From an uncultured euryarchaeote (GTDB lineage Archaea; Thermoplasmatota; Poseidoniia; Poseidoniales; Poseidoniaceae): DNA of 34,744 nucleotides. Both the position numbers and the translations under genes were made by a program. Location of the stretch: the NCBI GenBank assembly GCA_964012565.1, contig CAXGTB010000001.1, forward strand, positions 1 to 34,744, read 5' to 3'. Of the stretch, positions 1-8,057 are shown piece by piece. How positions within the stretch are numbered: the stretch's first letter is position 1; the number at the start of each line of letters is the position of its first letter. Under the pieces are notes generated by a model. That model was not told the origin of the DNA, made no database searches, and was given only the letters and a program-made list of their open reading frames with translations.

Positions 1-2943
1 ATGTTTGGTGATATCGATATCAAGTCACTTAACCAATTTTTAGAGGCAAGCAAAGAGTCTGAAGCAAGAATCGTACACACGAAGGTCCCGGTTCCATCTA
101 GATTGGGCATGAGCCTATACATGAGCACATTCGAAGATTTACTATCGATGAAAACTAGGGCGTTCCTAGTCAAAGATATAGACCCGGAAATTCTTAGAAG
201 ATTGTTAGGAAATAGAAGTTTAGCAACTGAATTAACCGAGGAACAGTTGGCAGATTACTACTCAAATAAGGTGCCAAAGCCCACAGATTCATCCGAGTTA
301 CTCAATTTGATGAGTAAAGGTGGTGGATTGGACAGGAAATGGGCTAATCCACTTTACGCTGCTAAACTGAAAGGTATTGAACACAATACTATTGAGCAAT
401 GGGTCAAAGAATTGGCAAGCCAAGGTAAAATTACCAAATTACGCTCAACCGGTGTTGAAGAACTCGATGATAAATGGTTTACAACATACATGGCTGAAAT
501 ACACGGCACATTGGGGTGCATTTCCGAGGCTGGTGGAAAGGACATGGAGGATATTCGTGACCTCTACACAAAAGGAATTTCATACGAAGTTGCTTCAAAC
601 TTTGATGGATTAAAGCCCACTTCTTGGGAAAAGAGAACGATTACGGATGCGCATGAAGCACTCAAGGTGAAGATTATCGAAATGCTTGGAAGCGAAGGTC
701 CAGCAAAAGGTGACCAGATCATTGATAGATTGCCTTTCCCGCAAGGCCAAATCGATTCAATACTCCACGAACTAGAAATGCGTAACGTTATTTCAGTAGG
801 TTTTTACAAACAAACCGAAGATGCAGAATATATTCTGAAAGTTGATGAGCATAAAATTACAGGTGGAGAAGAAGATGTTGTTGAATATCGATGGGTTCAG
901 AATTTAGTAATGCAGAAATCATTCGAACAATATAACGATGGCTTCACAGCTTTCGACCAACACATACTATTCCAAAAGCAGCAAGAAATGTTGTATCGTG
1001 TGGATGGATTCAGATATGCGGATTGGAAGGATTTACAACTAGATTCTGATGTCGTCATGGGTCGTTTATTACACAATAGAATTGGTTACACGACTAGAAA
1101 GAATATTCCTATGCTACTTGGATTAAAACCCGAACCCTGGCTGGGAGAAATGGAAAAACTCATTCTAGAAAAAATACCTAAAGGTGAGAATTTAACCAGG
1201 CAAGAGATTTTGGCAGACTTCCCTAAAGGAGAAGACCACAAGTCCTTACAACGTGATCTGAAAAATGCAATAAGCAACCTAGAGCGCCAACTCTGCCTCG
1301 TTAAACAATTTGAAGATGTTAGTGGAAGGCGGCGAAGATTATCCCTATTCCACAGAGTTATCGACGTCTATGAACCAATAGATTTCGAGGATGCTTTGGT
1401 TGAAGTTATCAAAAGAATGGGCCCTGTAAAAGCATTTACACTGCGTTATTATGTTTCAAGAAGTGTAGAGGAACTGGCTATAGCATTACGTAATTTGGAA
1501 AATCAAGGACGTATTGCAAAAATAATGGCATTAGTTCCTGAACCTGAAGCATTCTATGTATTGCCTGATGAAGTCTCCAAGTTAACCACTCAAAACCGAG
1601 AAGATAGAACATTACGTATCTTAACTCAATCAGACCCATACGTTTCTCGATTTATTTGGGAGGTTAGATCAATATTGGACAGAGGTTGGTATCTTCCTGT
1701 TTTCAAGGGTGTTGACCCTATAGGGAAGGTACTCATGTTCAAAATTAATGACTATCTTGAGATTAAAGATATGCACATCCCATATTCCTACTTAGATGAA
1801 TTCTGCGTGGCATTTGAGAAACTATTGGATAACCATTCAGATCAGTTGGTTGACGTAGCTGTTCTATCGCAATTTAATGGAATACCAGTAACAGAATTAG
1901 AAGAGGATTCTCGTACTGCATTGGAGAATATTGGATTCAAATTAGCAGGTGAGCGTATGATTAGGGGTGGAGTCGTTGACCCACAACCTAGAGAAATTGC
2001 TGAAAGAGCATTATTCAATCGCCACCATTTACACCAAAACTCACGGTTAGAAAATGAGATACAAGCTCTAGAATCTGTACAAGAAGTTCGAGATGATTTC
2101 GGCCTAAGAGGACGCGCAGAAGTATATCGCGTAAGTCTGAAAAATATGGCAAGCGCTAATCAATTACACCAAGGAATAAATCTCAGAGGACACCAAGTTT
2201 GGGCATCGTATGACCACTTCTCGACTCTACTAGCAATAAGAGGCGAAGATCCTAACGAGGAATTATTAGATGTGCTGGAATTCTTTGAGAATCACAGCGA
2301 CCCGAACCTGTTTATGGAGAGGCATGCAATGAAGAGGGCTGCGTTTAGAAAGCTAATTCAGCCACTTCTAAGAAGTGGCCATATGGTCCAAGACTATCGT
2401 GGAGGTTTCAGATCAGTAGCACCACGAAGAGGACTAGACAGAGTAATATTACGAAGAGAATATTTGCGAAGATTAGTATCGGATTTCCCAGTAATCACCC
2501 TCAAACAATTCACGCGATTGGCAGGAACTCCATTCAAACCGGAGGAATTGAAAGCGATTTTGACGGAGTTCGAAGAAGATTCCACTCTGATTAAGGGTTT
2601 CCTGATTCAAGATCTGCACGAAGTGTGCTGGGGTAGGAAGGACTTACTTGAAGAAGCCAAAAATGTACCACCTATTCGTGACTTCGTCATCCCGCCATCT
2701 GATCCCATAGCACCATATTTCTCAGAAGTCCTAAAGCAAAAGTTTGGATTTGGTAGCGCATACCTGGTATTCAGAAATGCTGAACCAGTAGCTGCATTCA
2801 AGGCCAATACAAGAGACAAGGTAATCGATGTAACCGATTACGAAGGTTCAGAAAAAGGTTGGAGAATCGTTAAAGAATTCGCATGGGAACATCAGATGCC
2901 ACTGAAAACAGATCTGCGTATTGGTGGCAAGAGAATAAAGTAA
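1..2943 (+). CDS. Large multi-winged-helix protein; probably the C-terminal ~980 aa of an Lhr-type ATP-dependent helicase (may be 5'-truncated by the window edge)
   Basis: Open frame from base 1 to TAA at 2941-2943. An ATG lies at base 1, but the ORF may continue upstream. No helicase motifs are visible. Several wHTH-like modules are present (e.g. QIIDRLPFPQGQIDSILHELEMRNVISVGFY). Two segments resemble the AlkZ/YcaQ (DUF1006)-type module of Lhr C-terminal domains: SDPYVSRFIWEVRSILDRGWYLPVFKG and PPSDPIAPYFSEVLKQKFGFGSAYLVFRN. The family call is from remembered motif patterns only. Confidence 0.5.
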   Translation: MFGDIDIKSLNQFLEASKESEARIVHTKVPVPSRLGMSLYMSTFEDLLSMKTRAFLVKDIDPEILRRLLGNRSLATELTEEQLADYYSNKVPKPTDSSELLNLMSKGGGLDRKWANPLYAAKLKGIEHNTIEQWVKELASQGKITKLRSTGVEELDDKWFTTYMAEIHGTLGCISEAGGKDMEDIRDLYTKGISYEVASNFDGLKPTSWEKRTITDAHEALKVKIIEMLGSEGPAKGDQIIDRLPFPQGQIDSILHELEMRNVISVGFYKQTEDAEYILKVDEHKITGGEEDVVEYRWVQNLVMQKSFEQYNDGFTAFDQHILFQKQQEMLYRVDGFRYADWKDLQLDSDVVMGRLLHNRIGYTTRKNIPMLLGLKPEPWLGEMEKLILEKIPKGENLTRQEILADFPKGEDHKSLQRDLKNAISNLERQLCLVKQFEDVSGRRRRLSLFHRVIDVYEPIDFEDALVEVIKRMGPVKAFTLRYYVSRSVEELAIALRNLENQGRIAKIMALVPEPEAFYVLPDEVSKLTTQNREDRTLRILTQSDPYVSRFIWEVRSILDRGWYLPVFKGVDPIGKVLMFKINDYLEIKDMHIPYSYLDEFCVAFEKLLDNHSDQLVDVAVLSQFNGIPVTELEEDSRTALENIGFKLAGERMIRGGVVDPQPREIAERALFNRHHLHQNSRLENEIQALESVQEVRDDFGLRGRAEVYRVSLKNMASANQLHQGINLRGHQVWASYDHFSTLLAIRGEDPNEELLDVLEFFENHSDPNLFMERHAMKRAAFRKLIQPLLRSGHMVQDYRGGFRSVAPRRGLDRVILRREYLRRLVSDFPVITLKQFTRLAGTPFKPEELKAILTEFEEDSTLIKGFLIQDLHEVCWGRKDLLEEAKNVPPIRDFVIPPSDPIAPYFSEVLKQKFGFGSAYLVFRNAEPVAAFKANTRDKVIDVTDYEGSEKGWRIVKEFAWEHQMPLKTDLRIGGKRIK

Positions 2944-2989
2944 AATTGACTTACACATCTCATAATCATCAATTTTTGTTCCTTTTATT

Positions 2990-3118
2990 ATGGGACTTTC
3001 CTGTGTTAGATTAAATAACAAGTTTATTCGTAAGCGAATTGTGAACCGCAAGGCGATACTCCTTACTGCCCTGATGCTATTGGTTTCAGCAAGCCCATTT
3101 GTAACCCCATCTTCTGCT
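2990..3118 (+). other. Predicted Sec signal peptide of the surface protein (aa 1-43)
   Basis: Lys/Arg-rich n-region, hydrophobic h-region ILLTALMLLVSA and an SSA-N candidate cleavage site. Confidence 0.55.
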
Positions 3119-6100
3119 AATGAAATAGAAGAAATCGAGGTCTTGCAAACTGTAGTTAATCCAAGTAACAACCATACCTACCATCTTCTTTCAGCATCAT
3201 CTTGGAGTGATGCTGCTTCTGTTGCTAGGAGTCTGGGTGGTTTTTTGGTAACAATTGATGATGCTAGTGAAGACGATTGGATATTCGATACTTTTGCAGT
3301 CGATAACGACACAACTCGACATTTATGGATTGGACTATCCGATCATCAAGATGAAGGAGATTTCAGATGGCATGACGGAACACCATTTACCTACAGAAAC
3401 TGGGGTGAAGGCCAACCTGGCGATGGAGATGATGAAGACTATGTTCATATCACTGGAACCAATATGGGTTCTATTGAACCAGCCACATGGAATGACCTAG
3501 AAGATGACCCACAGTACTTCCCAGTATACGGAGTTGTAGAAATTGGAGAGGGGGCAGATTACGCCCTAAGATTTGATGGTGATGACGACCACATCATTAT
3601 CGATGAAGAAATGCCTGATTGGAACGGAGAAATCGAAATAGAAGCGTGGGTAAATCTCGCTGAAACTGAAGGAATCCAGTTCATAACAATGTACGGTGAC
3701 TATGGATGGGGACTTTACCTAAACGACGGATACTTAGCATATTCAAACGAATATTCACTGTCAAGAAACCCTACATCTAACATATCTGTTCAACAAGGAG
3801 TTTGGACTCATGTGAAAGTGGTTGTCAACACCGAAAACGGTGGTGAATTTTTCATAGATAACCAATCAGCAGGAATGATTGACGTCAACAAATCTCAAAT
3901 TCCAAGTGGAGACTTTGGATCGAATGATTGCTTCCAATCCGGTGAAGAATGCGACGAATTGTACATTGGAAGAATGGGTGCAGGATGCGATTGCAACTAT
4001 TTCTATGGTTTGCTGGACGATGTAAGAATTGGAAATTCGAATAATGAATCAATATGGATGTTTACTGAAGGAGAAGGTGACATCACTGAAGATTCTCAAG
4101 GTTTGATGGGAGATATTCATGGAGCAGCATGGGTAATGCCTGATGGTACCATTATCGCCCAAGCAATAGAACTTGAAAATGGAGAATACTACTTTGACAT
4201 AAGTTCTAACGCTGGCGATACTCTGCTGTTTTTCATGGAGATTCCAGAAAATACTCAATATGTGACATTCTCAATGTATTCATATGACTACGGATATGAA
4301 GAGGATTACTATGAAGAACCAGAATATGAGATTTACATATCACAGGATGAAATCCCTTCCGCATGGGATCACGATTATGAAATCGAAACATATTACGGAT
4401 TGTATGTCTATGAATTCATCGAATGGCCAGAAGAAGGTGTTTATTGGATTACAGTCTCTTCAAATTATGATATTGGTGAGCTAGAGGTTAGTGCATATTG
4501 GGAAGAAGCACCAGAACCTCCCGAACTCGATGAGATGACAGAACTAAATGATGGAATTGCTATTACTAACCAAAGAATTCCAAGAAATAGTGGGGATCCT
4601 TTGTACTTCTATGTTGATTTAGAAGAAGAACTTGCAGAGTTAAGAGTCAATACATATGGAGGTCGTGGTGACTGCGAGTTACACATCGCCCTTGGTTCCC
4701 TACCATACATCGATGACTGGGGATGGTTAGAAGATGAATTCTTGATGGAAGGAAAATCTACCGAAGGCAGGCAACTTGGAGGCCAAGATGTTTCTGACCA
4801 CTCATACGGACCTGGTAACGATGAAAATGTACAAATTTTTGATGCACAACCAGGAATATATTATGTTATGATGACTACTTATAATCAATGCAGAGACGTC
4901 ACAATAAAGGCTGAATTCACATATAGTCCTGGAAATGTTGATCCTGAATCAGCAATTGAATTAACTGACGGAATTACCTATGGTCCACTAAGTGGGTTTG
5001 AAGGTTTAGATCAATACTTCTACATCGATGTACCTGTGGACACAGAAAGATTGGAAGTTGACTTGAGTAATGGTGATGGAGAAGCTAAACTGATGATGCG
5101 TCTAGAGCAATACCCTACTTGGACTACATATGACGAACATTCTAATGCACCTGGTGCAGGAGATAAGATTGGTTTCAACGACCCAACACCTGGAAGATGG
5201 TACATACTGCTTGGTAGTGAAGAATACTACAGTCGCATCGATATTACTGCATCTTTTGAGGACAGATATGTCTGGAGTTATGATGGTGAGCCAATTCAAT
5301 TATTCAACGATGAAGAAATTGGAGGAATTAGTGCTCCTGAAGGTGAAGAGTTGTACTTCTTTATCGACTTAGATGATTCATCTGCAATGGATTTGTCAAT
5401 AAAAACGTGGGGAGGTTCTGGGGACCTTGCGTTGTTTGCAGAAATCGAAGAAATCGACTGGGAGGACTTTGATGACGGACCAGGAGGAAGGCAATTTGGT
5501 GGAACAGAATTTGAATCGAATTCTGGTGAATCGAATGAAGAAATAAACATCTTTTTGGTCACAGGAAGAATTGACATCACAATTTATCCATATGCGGATA
5601 TTGATGAAATTACAATTCTCGCAACATGGGAAGAAATGGATATTCCTGGGCCAGATCCAGGACCAGATCCCCGACCAGATCCTCCAATAGGTGAAGAGAT
5701 TCTAACTTGCGATGAATACTCTGATTTCATCTTTGAGGACATGGATATGAATCAAGACGGAGATATCTCGAAAGATGAAATCATGTTTGAGGAAGATGAT
5801 GAATTCGAGGAATTTGACCGGAACAAAGACGGGGTTATTGACAAATCAGAACTCAAAACTCTCGCCTGCACATGTGAAAATGAGCTATACATTACGATTG
5901 AACAAATCTCGATGGATAATTGGGGATATAGCATTGAATATCTTGGCTCTATAGCTTGGAAAAACGAATACAATTTCTTCGAAATGGACTCAAACAATGA
6001 CATGGAACTCGATTATGAAGAAATAGAAGAGTACGCAGAAAATTGTGAAACAACGTATAATCCATTTGATAGAGATGGTGATGGCACTCCTGATGATAAG

Positions 6101-6454
6101 GACGCATTCCCTGATGATCCGGATGAAGATACCGATACAGACGGTGATGGAATTGGAGACAATGCAGATATCATCGCATCGGTTGATAATGACATAATCT
6201 GGGTTTCAGCAAGTGTTCTAGGAATTATCTTGGTTACTGTTCTTGGAATTCTCTTTGTTAGAGCACGTAGAGGTCCTGAATATGCTTGGGAAGAGTATCA
6301 GAAGGACAACATGTCTGAAGCAATGTTAGGTCAGATGTCAAATCCTGTCCAATCGCCACAGACCAACGTTCAAAACGTGCCACCAGCTCTAGATTTAGGA
6401 CCACCTGTAGAAAATGTACCTGAAGACATGACTGTATCAGATCTTTACGACTGA
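2990..6454 (+). CDS. Secreted, membrane-anchored mosaic surface/adhesion protein (C-type lectin + LamG + 4x PPC + EF-hands + TSP3 repeats + C-terminal TM helix)
   Basis: 1154-codon ORF. The N-terminus has a basic n-region plus hydrophobic core (KFIRKRIVNRKAILLTALMLLVSASPFVTPSSA). Domain motifs are listed as separate features. The composition is highly acidic, typical of Ca-binding extracellular proteins. Confidence 0.85.
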   Translation: MGLSCVRLNNKFIRKRIVNRKAILLTALMLLVSASPFVTPSSANEIEEIEVLQTVVNPSNNHTYHLLSASSWSDAASVARSLGGFLVTIDDASEDDWIFDTFAVDNDTTRHLWIGLSDHQDEGDFRWHDGTPFTYRNWGEGQPGDGDDEDYVHITGTNMGSIEPATWNDLEDDPQYFPVYGVVEIGEGADYALRFDGDDDHIIIDEEMPDWNGEIEIEAWVNLAETEGIQFITMYGDYGWGLYLNDGYLAYSNEYSLSRNPTSNISVQQGVWTHVKVVVNTENGGEFFIDNQSAGMIDVNKSQIPSGDFGSNDCFQSGEECDELYIGRMGAGCDCNYFYGLLDDVRIGNSNNESIWMFTEGEGDITEDSQGLMGDIHGAAWVMPDGTIIAQAIELENGEYYFDISSNAGDTLLFFMEIPENTQYVTFSMYSYDYGYEEDYYEEPEYEIYISQDEIPSAWDHDYEIETYYGLYVYEFIEWPEEGVYWITVSSNYDIGELEVSAYWEEAPEPPELDEMTELNDGIAITNQRIPRNSGDPLYFYVDLEEELAELRVNTYGGRGDCELHIALGSLPYIDDWGWLEDEFLMEGKSTEGRQLGGQDVSDHSYGPGNDENVQIFDAQPGIYYVMMTTYNQCRDVTIKAEFTYSPGNVDPESAIELTDGITYGPLSGFEGLDQYFYIDVPVDTERLEVDLSNGDGEAKLMMRLEQYPTWTTYDEHSNAPGAGDKIGFNDPTPGRWYILLGSEEYYSRIDITASFEDRYVWSYDGEPIQLFNDEEIGGISAPEGEELYFFIDLDDSSAMDLSIKTWGGSGDLALFAEIEEIDWEDFDDGPGGRQFGGTEFESNSGESNEEINIFLVTGRIDITIYPYADIDEITILATWEEMDIPGPDPGPDPRPDPPIGEEILTCDEYSDFIFEDMDMNQDGDISKDEIMFEEDDEFEEFDRNKDGVIDKSELKTLACTCENELYITIEQISMDNWGYSIEYLGSIAWKNEYNFFEMDSNNDMELDYEEIEEYAENCETTYNPFDRDGDGTPDDKDAFPDDPDEDTDTDGDGIGDNADIIASVDNDIIWVSASVLGIILVTVLGILFVRARRGPEYAWEEYQKDNMSEAMLGQMSNPVQSPQTNVQNVPPALDLGPPVENVPEDMTVSDLYD
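3152..3544 (+). other. C-type lectin-like domain (CTLD), cysteine-free variant
   Basis: WIGL motif (HLWIGLSD), FRWHDGTPFTYRNWGEGQPGDG (position of the QPD/EPN Ca/sugar loop), EDYVHI in place of EDCV, and WND (ATWNDLEDD). Confidence 0.65.
3551..4039 (+). other. LamG / concanavalin-A-like lectin domain
   Basis: ALRFDGDDDHIII ... IEAWVNL ... VWTHVKVVV ... LYIGR ... FYGLLDDVRIGN. This is the classic Laminin_G_3 pattern (ALxFDG..D.v ... W.hv ... G.iDevRi). Confidence 0.65.
4151..5635 (+). other. Four tandem pre-peptidase C-terminal (PPC)-like beta-sandwich domains
   Basis: A pattern recurs four times: acidic/aromatic strand, then l.v.l.g..GD.dL, then G.YYi.v. Examples: LYFYVDLEEELAELRVNTYGGRGDCELHIA...PGIYYVMMTTY; QYFYIDVPVDTERLEVDLSNGDGEAKLMM...PGRWYILLGS; LYFFIDLDDSSAMDLSIKTWGGSGDLALFA. 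The first copy is more divergent (YYFDISSNAGDTLLFFMEI...GVYWITVSS). Confidence 0.6.
5645..5686 (+). repeat. Imperfect tandem 12-nt repeat (ccagatccNNNa x3) encoding a PGPDPGPDPRPDPP linker
   Basis: Read directly: cct ggg cca gat cca gga cca gat ccc cga cca gat cct cca. Confidence 0.8.
5738..6169 (+). other. Ca-binding stalk: 2-3 EF-hand loops followed by thrombospondin type-3-like Asp-rich repeats
   Basis: Canonical EF loops DMNQDGDISKDE and DRNKDGVIDKSE, plus a degenerate DSNNDMELDYEE. TSP3-like stretch DRDGDGTPDDKDAFPDDPDEDTDTDGDGIGDNAD. Confidence 0.7.
6191..6259 (+). other. C-terminal transmembrane helix of the surface protein, followed by RARRG and a 64-aa tail
   Basis: IIWVSASVLGIILVTVLGILFV, then RARRG (positive-inside stop-transfer). 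The tail is Pro/Gln/Asn-rich and ends in DLYD. Confidence 0.75.
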
Positions 6455-7380
6455 TTGCGTTTCTTTCCAGGTGAAAGGCCCAAAGGCCGCATAAGAGATA
6501 GCACATGACGGTGCATTTGTGGTAGCATTTCAAACAATACTAGAGCAAGTAGGAACATTGCACCTAGAGAAACAAATCGTGCAGCATATGCATGTCCAAA
6601 TTCAAAAATTGACAAACCCATCCATCTCCAATCTGGATAACCCATCTGGAGCCAAATTAAGCCAGCATTTCTGAATAAATTCAGTATATGAATCAATGAT
6701 AATGCGATGAATAATGCCCTAACACGCTTTCTCCAATCCATTTCTAAGACAGATATTGCTCCGACGAAGATAATCATCGATTGAATAGCCGTACACGCTA
6801 AAACAAAGTTGATGTAGATTGGTTCTCCATTAACAAGCAATTCTGTGTGGAATGCGAATTCTGACATCTCCTCGCTGAGAAACCACTTATTTCCATCCCA
6901 AGTTTCCCAATTAACCGAAGGGCCATTCGAGGGGTTGACATAGGTGTCTCCAAGGGTCACATTCGCCCCACCTGCAAATGAAAGGAAGGCTGCAGATTGC
7001 CAAGCTACAAACCATATCGCTAGGACATTCAATATTGGAACATGAGCGATTAGAAGGTATGGCAAACCTGCTACTGCTACCGATCCTCTAAACCATCTTA
7101 ATGCACTAGCGTTTTTCTCTTCACTAACTCTCTTTTCCCAAAATGCAATCGCCACTGAACCAGGTAGTGTCAATCCACTCATCAAAACTAATACCCAATC
7201 ATCATGACTGAGGTAGAAACCAATGTCATTGAAGAAATAAAATCCTGTAAGTATCCAACCCACAGGAGCAATGGATTCAAATTTTCCAGTTCGACTTTTC
7301 CAGGCAAGAAAAAGTATTGACATTCCAATTGCACCAAGTATGGTGGCAATTGTTCTGTCAACCAAATAGTCGCCTGCCAT
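6445..7380 (-). CDS. Exosortase/archaeosortase-family membrane transpeptidase (ArtA-like)
   Basis: 311-aa polytopic membrane protein. It carries the family's ordered Cys / Arg / His signature: LACTAIQSM (compare exosortase ACSGxRS), ILNLFRNAGLIWL (N..R) and FEFGHAYAARF (His). A large extracytoplasmic loop precedes the Cys. The 3' end overlaps the adhesin gene by 10 bp (convergent). Confidence 0.55.
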   Translation of the reverse strand: MAGDYLVDRTIATILGAIGMSILFLAWKSRTGKFESIAPVGWILTGFYFFNDIGFYLSHDDWVLVLMSGLTLPGSVAIAFWEKRVSEEKNASALRWFRGSVAVAGLPYLLIAHVPILNVLAIWFVAWQSAAFLSFAGGANVTLGDTYVNPSNGPSVNWETWDGNKWFLSEEMSEFAFHTELLVNGEPIYINFVLACTAIQSMIIFVGAISVLEMDWRKRVRALFIALSLIHILNLFRNAGLIWLQMGYPDWRWMGLSIFEFGHAYAARFVSLGAMFLLALVLFEMLPQMHRHVLSLMRPLGLSPGKKRNQS

Positions 7381-7456
7381 GTATTAGGGCTGAATGATGC
7401 TTCATCTAATCTCTTCGCCTTAATGCACATAGGTGTGATTGATTTCCAAGGAACTA

Positions 7457-8053
7457 ATGGAAGGGCCAATAGCAGAGGTCAACCTGTCCAAAGTGGATTT
7501 GGACTGGAATGGGGCTATTGCATTTCTTGATAGAGACGGTGTACTGAATTATGGAAGTCCGAACTACATTAATTCACCAGAGGAATTAGAAATAATTCCT
7601 GGTGCAAAAGAAGCTGTTGAAGAATTACGTCGGCTTGGATTTAGAATCGCAATTACAACTAACCAATCGGCAATTATGCGGGGAAAATGGGGTGAGGATA
7701 CGATTCATGAAATTCATGAAAAATTGCAAAAAGAAATTGGAGTTATAGATGTGATAATGACCTGCCCCCATAGAAATCGAGATAATTGTAAGTGCCGAAA
7801 ACCTCAACCAGGTATGCTCAATAAAGCCTCAGAAATTATTCGTCAGAAATCGCATTCAACGGTAAATTGGTGGAAAGATAAACCCGAACCAATTCATGCC
7901 CTCGATTTAATGGTAGGAGACAGGAATTCCGATATGGGAGCAGGATGGGCAGTAGGTGCTAGATTATTCCAGGTTGATGAAAATCTAGGGATTCAACAAG
8001 TAATTGAGAGAATTAAAAATAATGAGAAAGGTGATTATTTTAATCCGGTGTGA
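7457..8053 (+). CDS. gmhB: HAD-IIIA phosphatase, GmhB-like (D,D-heptose-1,7-bisphosphate phosphatase / histidinol-phosphatase family)
   Basis: HAD motif I FLDRDGVLN, motif II ITTNQS, Zn-finger insert CPHRNRDNCKCRKPQPGML and motif IV VGDRNSDMGAG. The ORF opens at TTG 7439; ATG 7457 is preferred. Confidence 0.7.
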   Translation: MEGPIAEVNLSKVDLDWNGAIAFLDRDGVLNYGSPNYINSPEELEIIPGAKEAVEELRRLGFRIAITTNQSAIMRGKWGEDTIHEIHEKLQKEIGVIDVIMTCPHRNRDNCKCRKPQPGMLNKASEIIRQKSHSTVNWWKDKPEPIHALDLMVGDRNSDMGAGWAVGARLFQVDENLGIQQVIERIKNNEKGDYFNPV

Positions 8054-8057
8054 TATT

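Noticed and set aside
6191-6454. Possible PGF-CTERM archaeosortase sorting signal at the C-terminus of the surface protein.
   Set aside because: There is no PGF (or similar) tripeptide before the TM helix. A 64-aa tail follows the basic cluster, unlike the short tails of known signals. I kept only the neighbourhood as a finding.
8004-8057. 5' extension of the tiaS ORF. Similar extensions occur at purB (12728-12781), ubiD-like (22344-22376), MOSC (27094-27114) and the 30096 GTG.
   Set aside because: The extensions overlap upstream genes or add non-conserved residues ahead of N-termini that match the family consensus.
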